The notes: generated by a model from the sequence alone, not told the origin. Numbered from the stretch's first letter, positions 45,652 to 55,871 are shown. The stretch: DNA of 64,000 nt from Actinomycetota bacterium (GCA_035711865.1 DASTBT010000079.1:702-64701), one strand, 5' to 3'. Translations and numbers: made by a program.

Positions 45652-46446
45652 GTGGCCGAAGCGCTCGACGACGCCCGGGACGAGGCGCAGGCCGAGGCGC
45701 GTGCCGAGGTGGTGGGGCCGCTCGAGTCCCTCGATCCGGCGCTCGGGGTCACGTTCGATGATGCTTCGCTGCGCCTGGCCGCACTCACACACCGTTCGTT
45801 CGCGTTCGAACGCGGACTCACCGTGACCAACGAGCGCCTCGAGTTCCTCGGCGACTCCGTCCTCGGGCTCGTCGTCACCGACATGGCGTACACGGCCTAT
45901 CCGGAGATGCCGGAGGGAGCCCTCGCCAAGTTGCGCGCCGCGATCGTGAACATGGGAGCACTCGCCGACGTGGCGCGTTCCCTCGGGCTCGGTGACGTCG
46001 TGCTGCTCGGCAAGGGCGAAGAGCTGAGCGGCGGCCGCGACAAGTCCTCGATCCTGGCCGACGCCCTGGAGGCCGTGTTCGGTGCGATCTACCTGGACCG
46101 TGGGCTCGCCGTCGCGACCGAGCTGATCGAGCGGCTCTTCCGGCCACGCATGGAGGCGTACGTACGCGGCGAGGGCGACCGCGACTACAAGACGATCCTG
46201 CAGGAGCTTGCATCCCAGGCCCTGCGCTCGATGCCCGAGTACCGGCTCGAGGAGCGCGGCCCCGACCACGAGAAGGAGTTCACCGCCACCGTGCACCTCG
46301 GCGGCGAGCCGATGGGAACGGGCGTCGGCCGGTCGAAGAAGGAGGCCGAGCAGCGCGCCGCCGCGGAGGCGTTCGCACGCATCTCCGAGCGCCTGGCGCC
46401 GAGCAGCGTGGCCTCGAGCAGGGAGGACCAGGGTGGAGCTGCCTGA
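45652..46446 (+). CDS. rnc: Ribonuclease III
   Basis: NERLEFLGDSVL signature, a DRDYKT block and a C-terminal dsRBD (GRSKKEAEQRAA). Confidence 0.92.
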   Translation: MAEALDDARDEAQAEARAEVVGPLESLDPALGVTFDDASLRLAALTHRSFAFERGLTVTNERLEFLGDSVLGLVVTDMAYTAYPEMPEGALAKLRAAIVNMGALADVARSLGLGDVVLLGKGEELSGGRDKSSILADALEAVFGAIYLDRGLAVATELIERLFRPRMEAYVRGEGDRDYKTILQELASQALRSMPEYRLEERGPDHEKEFTATVHLGGEPMGTGVGRSKKEAEQRAAAEAFARISERLAPSSVASSREDQGGAA

Positions 46447-47275
46447 AGTTGAAGTGATGCGACGCGACCTCGAGAAGGACGTCGTGGGGCTCCGCATCAA
46501 GGAAGCCGAGGTCAAGAGCTCGAAGAACGCGATGCGGGTGATCCGGCGACACAAGACACGGAAGGACTTCACGTCGCGGCTCGTCGGACACAAGATCACG
46601 AAGGTCGAGCGGCGAGGCAAGTACATCCTCATGACCCTCGATTCGCAGGAGGTGCTGGTCGTGCACTTCGGCATGAGCGGCCAGCTCCAGCGCGGCACGG
46701 GCAGGGTGCCCATGGCGCCCCACACGCAGGTGGTCCTCACGTTCCAGCACCGTGGAGACCTGCGCTACGTCGATCCACGCACCTTCGGAGAGCTGTTCGT
46801 AGCGTCGGCGGACGACCTCGGCAAGGTCAAGGAGTTGCAGCATCTGGCCATCGACCCGCTGGATCAGGTCTTCACGTGGCCGACCTTCCAGTACCTCCTC
46901 GCCGATCGCGCTTCGAAGATGAAGCAACTCCTGATGGACCAGAAGTTCATCTCTGGTCTCGGCAACATCTACTCCGACGAGGTGCTGTTCCATGCCGGCA
47001 TCCGGTACGACCGCATGAGCGACGATCTGTCCTCTCAGGAGGTTCGCCGTCTCTACCGCGCGATCCAGGAGGTGCTGCAAGAGGCGATCAAGCTCCGCGG
47101 CACGACCCTCGACGACGAGGCATACGTCGACCTGTTCGGGGAGCCCGGCGGATACCGGGCGGAGCTCAAGGTGTATGGGCGCGCCGGCCAACCATGCCGC
47201 CGGTGCCGTACCCCGATCGAGAGCGTGAAGATCTCACAACGCAGCTCGTTCTTCTGCCCGCAGTGCCAGAGCTAG
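46433..47275 (+). CDS. mutM: Formamidopyrimidine-DNA glycosylase family protein (N-terminus atypical: M-ELPEVE, no Pro)
   Basis: ELPEVEV, RRGKYIL, an H2TH block and the C-terminal zinc finger CRRCRTPIESVKISQRSSFFCPQC. GTG 46433 lies 6 nt after GGAGG and overlaps the rnc end by 14 nt. Confidence 0.85.
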   Translation: MELPEVEVMRRDLEKDVVGLRIKEAEVKSSKNAMRVIRRHKTRKDFTSRLVGHKITKVERRGKYILMTLDSQEVLVVHFGMSGQLQRGTGRVPMAPHTQVVLTFQHRGDLRYVDPRTFGELFVASADDLGKVKELQHLAIDPLDQVFTWPTFQYLLADRASKMKQLLMDQKFISGLGNIYSDEVLFHAGIRYDRMSDDLSSQEVRRLYRAIQEVLQEAIKLRGTTLDDEAYVDLFGEPGGYRAELKVYGRAGQPCRRCRTPIESVKISQRSSFFCPQCQS

Positions 47276-47285
47276 TCGGCGCCTG

Positions 47286-47873
47286 TCAGACGAGCTCGGC
47301 GCCGGCATCGCGCATGCGCGCCAGCGCGGCCGCTCCGTCTCCGGGCTGCAGGTCGACCGCTCGCACGGCGTCGGTGATCACCTCGACCGGGTACCCGAGC
47401 ATCCGCGCATCGAGCACGGTCTCCACCACGCAGTAGTCGGTCGCGAGCCCGCAGATGACGAGCCGCTCGACCCCCGCCGCGGTCAGCATCTCGTGCAGCA
47501 CGGTGTCCCCCCGCTCGCCCGAGAGCGGATCGCGCACGCTGAACCCGGAATACCCGTCCCGCCCGTCGTGACCCTTTCGCACGATCTCGTGATCGGCCAC
47601 CAACAGGTCGGGATGGAACTCGGCTCCCCGGGTGTCCTCCACGCAGTGCACCGGCCAGATGCCGCCGTCGCGCTGGAAATGGGGTGTGTGCTCGGGGTGC
47701 CAGTCCTGCGTGTACACCACCAGCGCTCCGGAGGCGACGGCCTTGTCCACCTCGGCGTTCACGGTCGGCACGATCTCCTCGCCCCCGTCGACGTAGAGGC
47801 TGCCGCCGGGTTCGGCGAAATCGTTCTGCACGTCGACGACGAGCAATGCCGTCCGATCGTCGTAGGTGGCCAT
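47286..47873 (-). CDS. pncA: Isochorismatase-family hydrolase (nicotinamidase/pyrazinamidase-like)
   Basis: ALLVVDVQNDF, a WPVHC block and the LVICGLATDYCV catalytic Cys motif. Confidence 0.8.
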   Translation of the reverse strand: MATYDDRTALLVVDVQNDFAEPGGSLYVDGGEEIVPTVNAEVDKAVASGALVVYTQDWHPEHTPHFQRDGGIWPVHCVEDTRGAEFHPDLLVADHEIVRKGHDGRDGYSGFSVRDPLSGERGDTVLHEMLTAAGVERLVICGLATDYCVVETVLDARMLGYPVEVITDAVRAVDLQPGDGAAALARMRDAGAELV

Positions 47874-47930
47874 CGCCGGCCAGCGTACCGGACGAGCCGA
47901 CGCGGCTCGCAGGACGCGTGGGATGACACG

Positions 47931-48209
47931 ATGACGGGCGTGCGGAGGGTGCAGGTCCGGATCCGAGGCAGGGTGCAGGGCGTCTTCTTCCGGGCCTCGT
48001 GCGTCGAGCGCGCCCGGGCGCTGGGTGTGGGCGGATGGGTGAGGAACGCCTTCGACGGGAGCGTCGAAGCCGAGTTCGAAGGCGTGTCGGAAGCCGTCGA
48101 GTCCATGATCGCCTGGTGTCAAGAGGGTCCGCCCGGCGCTCAGGTCGACTCGGTCGAGGTGCGGGACAAGCCGCCGACGGGGGAGCGGACCTTCCGCGTC
48201 GCCCGGTAG
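47931..48209 (+). CDS. acyP: Acylphosphatase
   Basis: VRIRGRVQGVFFR and GWVRN signature blocks. Confidence 0.87.
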   Translation: MTGVRRVQVRIRGRVQGVFFRASCVERARALGVGGWVRNAFDGSVEAEFEGVSEAVESMIAWCQEGPPGAQVDSVEVRDKPPTGERTFRVAR

Positions 48210-48257
48210 CCCACCTTCAGCGATCGGGAATCACAAGCCTGTTAGCATCCGCTGCAC

Positions 48258-51200
48258 ATGTTCCTGAGGTCGATCACGATCCGCGGGTTCAAGTCGTTCG
48301 CGGACAAGACGGTGCTCGAGTTCATCCCCGGCGTCTCCGTGATCGTCGGGCCCAACGGCTCGGGCAAGTCCAACCTCGTCGACGCGATCAGCTGGGCTCT
48401 CGGTGAACAGGGAGCCCGCTCCCTGCGCGGGGGGCAGATGGCCGACGTGATCTTCGCCGGCACGCCGTCACGACCGGCGCTCGGTATGGCCGAGGTGAAG
48501 CTCGTGATCGACAATTCGGCCGGCAAGATCCCGGTGCCGATGAGCGAGATCGAGGTCGCGCGCACGATCTTCCGCTCGGGGGACTCGGAGTACCGCATCA
48601 ACGGCGAGGTCGTGCGCCTGCTCGACGTGCAGGAGCTGCTTTCCGAGACCGGCATCGGTCGTGCCCTGCACACGGTGGTCGGGCAGGGGCAGCTCGAAGA
48701 GGTCCTGCTCGCCAGGCCCGAGGACCGCCGCAAGTACATCGAGGAGGCGGCCGGCATCGCCAAGCACCGCCGCCGGAAAGAGCGCGCCCAACGCAAGCTC
48801 GCGAACCTCGATCAGGACCTGCTCCGGCTGGCCGATGTGCTCTCGGAACTGCGCCGGCAGCTGAAGCCGCTGCAGCAGCAGGCACAGATGGCGACGAAGC
48901 ACGAGACCCTCACCGCGGAGGCGGAGAGCCTCTCGCGCAACCTCGCGGCCGCCCGCCTCCGAGCGCTGCTTCGAGAGCGCGATCGGCGAGCGGACTCCTG
49001 GGAGCGTGGGCTCGACGAGCGTCGCACGGCTCGCGAACGGCTCGACGGGCTCGACGGCGAGGTGCTCGAGGCGGCCGACGCTCGGGCGACCGCATCCGAG
49101 GCCTTGGCCGACGCCGAGCTCGCATCGCGTGCCACCACGGAGGAACGGCGCCGGGCCGAGCAAGCGTTCCGGGAGGCGGTGGAGCGCGAGGCCGCCGCGC
49201 GCGAACGAATGGCCTCGCAGGCGACGAGGGCTGCCCGCGTCGACGCTGTCGACGACGAGATCACGCGCGTCGGCGCCGAGCTGGGTCGGGTGGTCGCCGA
49301 CCTCGAGCGCAGCGAGCGTGAGCTCGAAGCGGCCGAGGCCGCGTTCCGCGAGGCGGAGCAGGAACGCGGACGCATCGAGTCGCTGCACCGGCGCGCGGGG
49401 GAGGAGGCGGCCGGGCGCCGCGCCGAGGTCGAGGCGTTGGAGCGGTCCCTCGCCTCGAGCGAGCGCGAGCGCGAGCGGGTCGCCGCCTCGCTGATATCGG
49501 TCCGTGAGCGGATCGCGGAAGCCGAGGCTGAACGCGCCGGTCTGGAAGCCGAGGTCGAGACCTTCGACGACGGATCGGCGCCGATGAACGAGAAGCGTGC
49601 CGCGCTCGAGTCGGAGCGGCGTGGCCTGGTCGGCAAGATCGAGGAGCTCGACGATGTGCGTCGCCGCCACGAGGCTCGGCGCGACCTGCTCGAGGCGCGC
49701 CGGCAGGACATCGAGGAGACGCCCGGGTCACGCTTCCTCGATGCGCACAAGGGTCGAGCCATCGGGTTGCTCCGGGATCTCGTGACGGTGGAACCGGGGC
49801 TCGAGCGTGCGCTCGCCGCTGCGCTGGGCTCGTTGGCCGATGCGGTCGTCTACGGCGACGGAGAAGCTGCCCTCGCCGACGCACCCGAAGGTGACGGTGC
49901 GATCCTCGCGATCTCGGCGGGGGGACCAGTGCCGATGGGTCTGTCGGGCGAGCGCAAGTTGCTCGCCGCCGTCGAGGCCGATCCGGCAGCCCGGGGCATC
50001 GTGAGCACGGTGCTCCGCGACGTCTACGTCGCGGCCGACGTCATCGAGGCCTCGGAGAAGCAGCGGCAGCACGGTTCGTCGTTCGTCACGCCCGACGGGG
50101 TGCTCGTCGGGCCCGCGGTCATCCACACGGCGAAGGTGGCCGATGCCCGATCCCGAGAGATCAGGGCCGAGCTGCAGGTGGTGGTCCACGACCTCGCAGC
50201 CACGGTCAACGCGTTGAAACCCAAGCGGGAGCGCCTGGCCGAGATCGCGGGGGAGATCGACTTCCTCCGCGATCAGATCGAGGCGGCCGACGCCGAGATC
50301 GTCTCGGTGGCAGAACGTCTCGCCGGCGTCGACCGGGCCCTGACGGGCATGAGGACCGAGGAGGCGTTGCACGACCAGCGCCTCGCCGCGGTCGAGGACT
50401 CCGTCGCGCTGGCCCGGCAGCGCCTGGCCGCGCTGGCGCCGGCGGACGCCGAGCGACCGCCCGACCTCCCGCCCGTGCCGCAGCCGCCCATATCGGCTCG
50501 CGTGGCGGTGGAGACCCTGCGACGAGACCGCTCGGGGCACGACGCCCGGCTCGTCGCGCTGCGGAACGAGCGCGACGAGCTGTCGGCGCACGATCCGGTT
50601 GCGATGCGGGCCGAGCTCACGGCCGCCGAGACCGATCGAGCGGAGGCCGAGTCCGAGGTCGCGCGCGCCGAGGCCGCGGCGAACGAGGCCGCCGCGATCC
50701 GCGACGCCGCCGCGACGGCCGAGCGCGAGGTCGCCGGGCGAGAGGCGGCCGTGAACAAGGCGTGGCGCGATGCGTCGACGGAGCTCGAACGGCTCCGCGA
50801 AGCGTACGAAGACGACGACCGGACGAGGGGCGACATCGATCGACGGATCCGGGAGGCGGAACGACTGATCCGCGAGGGTTATGGGGCCGACCCGACGGCG
50901 CTCGTCGCGGAGCTGTCCGACGACGACTCCGTCGAGGCGCTCGAGAAGCGTTCCGAGCTCGTGCAGCGACGCCTGGCTCTGCTCGGTCGAGTGAACCTGC
51001 TCGCCACCGGGGAGTTCGAGGCCATGCAGGAGCGCCACGACTTCATGGCCAGGGAGCTCGACGACGTCAAACAGGCGCGCCGCAACCTGCTCGAGGTGAT
51101 CGCGCAGGTCGACCGAGAGATCACCGAGGCGTTCACCGCCGCGTATCGCGATGTCGCCTCGCAGTTCGAGCGACTGATCGCTGACCTGTTCCCGGGCGGC

Positions 51201-51704
51201 TCGGGCAGGCTGGTGCTCACCGATCCCGCGGAGCCGTTGACGAGCGGGATCGAGATCGAAGCATCTCCGGGCCGCAAGCGCGTGAAGCGCATCTCGCTGC
51301 TCTCGGGCGGCGAGCGGTCGTTGACCGCCATGGCGTTCCTGTTCGCGATCTTCACCGCCCGCCCTTCACCGTTCTACCTGATGGACGAGGTCGAGCCGGC
51401 GCTCGACGACGTGAACCTCCATCGGTTCCTGCGTCTCGTCGAGGGGTTCGCGCGCGAGTCGCAGGTGCTGATCGTGACGCACCAGAAGCGCACGATGGAG
51501 GTCGCCGCGATGATGTACGGCATCTCCCTGAGCAAGGACGGCACCACGAAGGTGGTCGCGCAGCGGCTCGATCAGCAGACCCCGCTGGAATCCGACGCGA
51601 GGCTCGAGGGCGAGCGGGAAGCTGCCGCCGCCGCGTTCGCCCCTCAGACCTCGGCCGACGACGAGCCGGTGATCGAGGTGCCGGAGGGCGAGCCGGTCGG
51701 CTAG
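48258..51704 (+). CDS. smc: Chromosome segregation protein SMC
   Basis: GPNGSGKSN Walker A, long coiled coils with a central hinge, LSGGERSLTA signature and FYLMDEVEPALD Walker B. Confidence 0.96.
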   Translation: MFLRSITIRGFKSFADKTVLEFIPGVSVIVGPNGSGKSNLVDAISWALGEQGARSLRGGQMADVIFAGTPSRPALGMAEVKLVIDNSAGKIPVPMSEIEVARTIFRSGDSEYRINGEVVRLLDVQELLSETGIGRALHTVVGQGQLEEVLLARPEDRRKYIEEAAGIAKHRRRKERAQRKLANLDQDLLRLADVLSELRRQLKPLQQQAQMATKHETLTAEAESLSRNLAAARLRALLRERDRRADSWERGLDERRTARERLDGLDGEVLEAADARATASEALADAELASRATTEERRRAEQAFREAVEREAAARERMASQATRAARVDAVDDEITRVGAELGRVVADLERSERELEAAEAAFREAEQERGRIESLHRRAGEEAAGRRAEVEALERSLASSERERERVAASLISVRERIAEAEAERAGLEAEVETFDDGSAPMNEKRAALESERRGLVGKIEELDDVRRRHEARRDLLEARRQDIEETPGSRFLDAHKGRAIGLLRDLVTVEPGLERALAAALGSLADAVVYGDGEAALADAPEGDGAILAISAGGPVPMGLSGERKLLAAVEADPAARGIVSTVLRDVYVAADVIEASEKQRQHGSSFVTPDGVLVGPAVIHTAKVADARSREIRAELQVVVHDLAATVNALKPKRERLAEIAGEIDFLRDQIEAADAEIVSVAERLAGVDRALTGMRTEEALHDQRLAAVEDSVALARQRLAALAPADAERPPDLPPVPQPPISARVAVETLRRDRSGHDARLVALRNERDELSAHDPVAMRAELTAAETDRAEAESEVARAEAAANEAAAIRDAAATAEREVAGREAAVNKAWRDASTELERLREAYEDDDRTRGDIDRRIREAERLIREGYGADPTALVAELSDDDSVEALEKRSELVQRRLALLGRVNLLATGEFEAMQERHDFMARELDDVKQARRNLLEVIAQVDREITEAFTAAYRDVASQFERLIADLFPGGSGRLVLTDPAEPLTSGIEIEASPGRKRVKRISLLSGGERSLTAMAFLFAIFTARPSPFYLMDEVEPALDDVNLHRFLRLVEGFARESQVLIVTHQKRTMEVAAMMYGISLSKDGTTKVVAQRLDQQTPLESDARLEGEREAAAAAFAPQTSADDEPVIEVPEGEPVG

Positions 51705-51713
51705 CCTCCGCCA

Positions 51714-52775
51714 GTGGAACTCGGCGTCGTCGTCTTCGCTCTCCTCGCGGTCGTGGCGATCGTCGCGTTCGGCGTGCTGCGTTCGTCGCGGCGCGACCGC
51801 CTGCGGGAGCTCGAACGCGAGACGCGTACGACCGAAGGGCACGTCCGGCGGCCGGCGCCGCTGCATCCGGCCCGACAGCGTCCCGAGCCGACCAGGCCGG
51901 AACCGGGACCGTCGGGGGGCGTCTTCCGGAAGGAGGGGCTCGGAGCCAAGGTCAAGCGGCTGTTTCGGGGGGCCGCCGCCGACGACACGTGGGCCCAGCT
52001 TGAGGACCTGCTGATCAAGGCCGATGTGGGCCCCAAGGGTTCGGCCGATCTCGTCGGTCGCGTGAAATCACGCGTCGCGACGGGGGGCGACCCGGTCGCG
52101 CTGCTCCACGAAGAGATCGTCGACGTGCTCGGGCCCGACGAGCCCCTGCACCTGCCGAGCGGACGACCTGGCGTGATCTTGGTCGTTGGGGTGAACGGCA
52201 CCGGCAAGACCACCACGATCGGGAAGCTCGCGACTCGCCTTGCCGGGGAAGGGTTGCAGGTGAGCCTCGCCGCCGCCGACACGTTCCGAGCCGCCGCCGG
52301 TGAGCAGCTGGGAGTCTGGGCGAAGAGGGCGGGCGCCCACCTCGTGGGGCAGGAGCGTGGCGCCGATCCCGGCGCCGTCGTGTTCGACGCCGTCAAGTCG
52401 GCGGCCGCACGCGGGGCCGACGTTCTGATCGTCGATACGGCCGGGCGACTGCACACGAAGACACCGTTGATGGACGAGCTCGGCAAGGTCAAGCGCGTGA
52501 TCGAGAAGGCGGGCACGTCGGTCGACGAGACACTGCTCGTGCTCGACGCCCAGACGGGGCAGAATGGCATCGCACAGGCGAGGGCGTTCACCGAGGCGGT
52601 CGAGGTGACCGGCGTGGTGCTCACGAAGACCGACGGATCGGCCAAGGGTGGGATCGTGTTGGCCGTGCGGGAGGAGCTCGACGTTCCGATCCGCTTCGTC
52701 GGGGTCGGAGAAGGGGCCGACGACCTGCGGCCGTTCGAGGCGACGGCGTTCGCGGAACGGCTGCTGTCCGACTGA
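51714..52775 (+). CDS. ftsY: Signal recognition particle receptor FtsY (N-terminal TM anchor)
   Basis: GVNGTGKTTTIGKLA, DTAGRLH and LTKTDGSAKGG motifs. Confidence 0.93.
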   Translation: MELGVVVFALLAVVAIVAFGVLRSSRRDRLRELERETRTTEGHVRRPAPLHPARQRPEPTRPEPGPSGGVFRKEGLGAKVKRLFRGAAADDTWAQLEDLLIKADVGPKGSADLVGRVKSRVATGGDPVALLHEEIVDVLGPDEPLHLPSGRPGVILVVGVNGTGKTTTIGKLATRLAGEGLQVSLAAADTFRAAAGEQLGVWAKRAGAHLVGQERGADPGAVVFDAVKSAAARGADVLIVDTAGRLHTKTPLMDELGKVKRVIEKAGTSVDETLLVLDAQTGQNGIAQARAFTEAVEVTGVVLTKTDGSAKGGIVLAVREELDVPIRFVGVGEGADDLRPFEATAFAERLLSD

Positions 52776-52816
52776 CGGCAGCCGGGCGGAAGCATCCAGG
52801 CGGAAGGGGTTCAGCG

Positions 52817-53206
52817 GTGTCCGACGGGAGGATCCTCATCGTGGAGGACCACCCCACGATGCGCGAGGCCATGCGCCTGGTGCTCGAGGGGGAGGGCTTC
52901 GAGATCGAGGAAGCCGCCGACGGGCAGCGTGCCCTCGAGATGGTGCGTGACGACCCGCCCGATCTGGTCTTCCTCGACATGCACATCCCCGGGTCGAGCG
53001 GAGCGGAGGTTCTGGCAGAGGTGCGCGCGGACCCGGTCACGGCCGGCGTTCGGGTGATCATCGTCACCGCCGACGGTGAAGAGGGCCGGGAGCGAGCGAT
53101 CGCGATGGGGGCCGACGACTACTTCACGAAGCCGTTCAGTCCCATCACCCTGCTGCACACGGTGGAGCAGGTGCTCAGCGCGCCGCCGCACGAACCGGGA
53201 GCCTGA
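52817..53206 (+). CDS. Single-domain response regulator (receiver only, CheY-like)
   Basis: ILIVEDHP, LVFLDMHIPG (phospho-Asp) and DDYFTKPF (conserved Lys). No output domain. Confidence 0.85.
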   Translation: MSDGRILIVEDHPTMREAMRLVLEGEGFEIEEAADGQRALEMVRDDPPDLVFLDMHIPGSSGAEVLAEVRADPVTAGVRVIIVTADGEEGRERAIAMGADDYFTKPFSPITLLHTVEQVLSAPPHEPGA

Positions 53207-53873
53207 GCCGGAACGTCGCGCCGCCGCCCGGCGTCGCATCGGCGGCGATGTCGCCGCCGAGCGCCTCGGCCAGACGCCGGGCGATCGCGAGCCCCAGCCC
53301 CGACCCTTCGGCGGACCGAGCACCCTCGGTCGTTCGGTAGAAGGGTTCGAAGACGCGATCCCGTTCCTGTTCGTCGATGCCGATGCCGTGGTCGATCACG
53401 GCGATGCCGATGCACCCGTCGCCGCCGGGGACGACCTCGAGGGTGACCACCGAGCGTTGGTCCGAGTACTTCAGGGCGTTCGTCACCAGGTTCGTGAGGA
53501 TCTGCCCGAGTCGGAGCGCGTCGGACTCGATCGTCGGGGGGGCGTCGGCCGAGACGCGGATCTCCACGCGCTCGCCACCCGGCAGGTCGCGCACCATCTG
53601 CTCGAGCGCCGGCACGAGCACGATGGATCCGTGCTCGATCGCGAGCGAGGCATCCTGGAGGCTCTCCATCGTGACGAGGTCGTCGGCCAGCCGGATCAGA
53701 CGCTGGGTCTGCACGGAGATCACGTTCAGGAACTCGTCGATCTCGGCCTCCGAGAGTTCGGAACGCCTGCGTTGCAGCATATCCACGAAGCCGCGGATAG
53801 CGGCGAGCGGCGCCCGCATCTCATGGCTGGTCACCGCGACCAGGCTCACGTCACGCAGATCGGACTCTGGCAT
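53175..53873 (-). CDS. Minimal soluble histidine kinase (HisKA plus HATPase_c only)
   Basis: H-box VTSHEMRAPL, N-box LTNLVTNALKY, DHGIGI and GSGLGLAI. Only the C-terminal 232 aa of the 933-aa ORF are credible. No TM or sensor domain. Confidence 0.8.
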   Translation of the reverse strand: MPESDLRDVSLVAVTSHEMRAPLAAIRGFVDMLQRRRSELSEAEIDEFLNVISVQTQRLIRLADDLVTMESLQDASLAIEHGSIVLVPALEQMVRDLPGGERVEIRVSADAPPTIESDALRLGQILTNLVTNALKYSDQRSVVTLEVVPGGDGCIGIAVIDHGIGIDEQERDRVFEPFYRTTEGARSAEGSGLGLAIARRLAEALGGDIAADATPGGGATFRLRLPVRAAAR

Positions 53874-53954
53874 TCGTCCCCCCAGGTAGAATCCTAGTCG
53901 GCGCGCACCGGGGGAGCCCGCAGCCGCGTTCAACCGATATCGACACGGGGACCG

Positions 53955-55325
53955 ATGTTCGACACGCTCACCGACCGGCTCGACGGCACCTTCCGGAAGT
54001 TGCGATCCCGCGGGAAGCTCCATCCCAAGCAGGTCGACAACGCTCTGTCCGACATCCGAACGGCGCTCCTCGAGTCCGACGTGGCCGTCGAAGTGGTCGA
54101 CGACTTCCTGGGCAGGGTCCGCGAACGCGCGCTCTCCGAGGAGGTCATGAAGAGCCTCACGCCGGGGCAACAGGTCGTGAAGGTCGTGAACGAGGAGCTC
54201 ACCGCGACCATGGGCGGCGAACACACGCCGCTCGACCTCGGGGGCGGTAGGCCGAGCGTGATCGTGATGACCGGCGTGCAGGGGTCCGGGAAGACGACCG
54301 CCTGCGCGAAGCTCGCCAAGCACCTGAAGGCCAAGGGGAAGCGTCCGCTGTTGATCGCCGCCGATCTCGAGCGTCCCGCCGCGGTCGAACAGCTGCGCAC
54401 GTTGGGACGCGAGTGCGGTGTGCCGGTGTGGTCCGAGGGCAAGGATCCCGTCAAGCTCGCCAAGCAGGGCGTCAAGGAAGCCGATCGACAGGAGGCCGAT
54501 GTGGTCATCATCGACACGGCCGGCCGGCTCCACGTCGACCAGGAGATGATGAAGCAGGCACGCAGGATCAAAGACGTCACGAAGCCACAGCACGTGCTGA
54601 TGGCCGCCGACGCGATGACGGGGCAGGACGCCGTCGTGCAGGCCAAGGAGTTCATGCGCGAGGTCGACACCACCGGCTTCGTGCTCACCAAGCTCGATGG
54701 CGATGCGCGCGGCGGCGCTGCGCTCTCGATCACCGCCGTCACCGGCCGCCCCGTGTACTTCGTCGGCACGGGGGAGAAGCTCGACGATCTCGAGGCGTTC
54801 CATCCCGACCGCATGGCCGGGCGCATCCTCGGCATGGGCGACGTGCTGACGCTGATCGACAAGGCGCAGGAGAAGCTCGACACCGCCGAGGCGCAGCAGG
54901 CGGCGGAGAACATCCTGAAGGGTCAGTTCACGTTCGAGGACTTCCTCGACCAGCTCCGGCAGGTGCAGAAGCTCGGCTCGATGGGCGACCTGCTCAAGAT
55001 GCTTCCCGGCGTGCCGGGCGGCAAGAACGCGATGAAGGAGATGGCCGAGGCGGTCGACGAGGGAGAGCTGAAGCGTGCCGAAGCGATGATCCTCTCTATG
55101 ACCCCGGCCGAGCGCCGGGAACCCGGTATCATCTCCGGGCCGCGCCGGCTGCGGATCGCGAACGGGTCCGGGGTCACGACCGCCGACGTCAACTCGCTGC
55201 TCAAGGACTTCGAGAGCGCGAGGAAGATGATGCGGACGATGATGGGCGGCAAGCGAACCTCCGGTCGGGTGCCGGGGATGCCGGGGACCATGAGGGTTCC
55301 GTCGGCGAAGGTGCCGAAGCGATAG
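53955..55325 (+). CDS. ffh: Signal recognition particle protein Ffh
   Basis: GVQGSGKTTACAKLA, DTAGRLH, LTKLDGDARGGAA and a Met-rich M domain. Confidence 0.96.
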   Translation: MFDTLTDRLDGTFRKLRSRGKLHPKQVDNALSDIRTALLESDVAVEVVDDFLGRVRERALSEEVMKSLTPGQQVVKVVNEELTATMGGEHTPLDLGGGRPSVIVMTGVQGSGKTTACAKLAKHLKAKGKRPLLIAADLERPAAVEQLRTLGRECGVPVWSEGKDPVKLAKQGVKEADRQEADVVIIDTAGRLHVDQEMMKQARRIKDVTKPQHVLMAADAMTGQDAVVQAKEFMREVDTTGFVLTKLDGDARGGAALSITAVTGRPVYFVGTGEKLDDLEAFHPDRMAGRILGMGDVLTLIDKAQEKLDTAEAQQAAENILKGQFTFEDFLDQLRQVQKLGSMGDLLKMLPGVPGGKNAMKEMAEAVDEGELKRAEAMILSMTPAERREPGIISGPRRLRIANGSGVTTADVNSLLKDFESARKMMRTMMGGKRTSGRVPGMPGTMRVPSAKVPKR

Positions 55326-55349
55326 ACGAGGAACGAGGACGAGCACGAC

Positions 55350-55865
55350 ATGTCGACGAGGATCCGGTTGCGGCGGATGGGGGCGAACAAGCGCCCCTTC
55401 TACCGCGTCGTCGTGGCCGATCAGCGCTCCCCGCGCGACGGTCGCTTCATCGAGAACATCGGCAAGTACCATCCGCTCGAGGAACCGAGCCTGATCGAGA
55501 TCGACGAGGAGCGTGCCCTTCACTGGTTGCGGGTGGGGGCACAACCGAGCGATCAGGTCCGCAACTTGATGGTCAAGGTCGGCATCTGGGACGCCTTCGT
55601 GGCCGAGCGGCCGAACGCCGCCGGCCAGGTCAAGGCCCGCGAGGCCAGGGCGGATGAGCCCAAGCTGTCGAAGAAGGCCCAGGCCAGGGCGGCCGCCGCT
55701 GCGGAGGAACCCGAGGCTCCTGCTGCGGCGTCCCCGGGGTCGGAGTCGACCGACGAGGCCGCATCGGAGGCCGTCCCCGAGGCGGTTGCTGCGGAGGCGC
55801 CCGACGCCGAAGCCCCCGCCGACACCGGTGCCCCCGCCGACGCCGAGGCCCCCGCCGAGGGGTAG
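55350..55865 (+). CDS. rpsP: 30S ribosomal protein S16 with Ala/Pro/Glu-rich C-terminal extension
   Basis: [20 protein letters not shown] core followed by a low-complexity tail of about 70 aa. Confidence 0.93.
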   Translation: MSTRIRLRRMGANKRPFYRVVVADQRSPRDGRFIENIGKYHPLEEPSLIEIDEERALHWLRVGAQPSDQVRNLMVKVGIWDAFVAERPNAAGQVKAREARADEPKLSKKAQARAAAAAEEPEAPAAASPGSESTDEAASEAVPEAVAAEAPDAEAPADTGAPADAEAPAEG

Positions 55866-55871
55866 GCCGCC

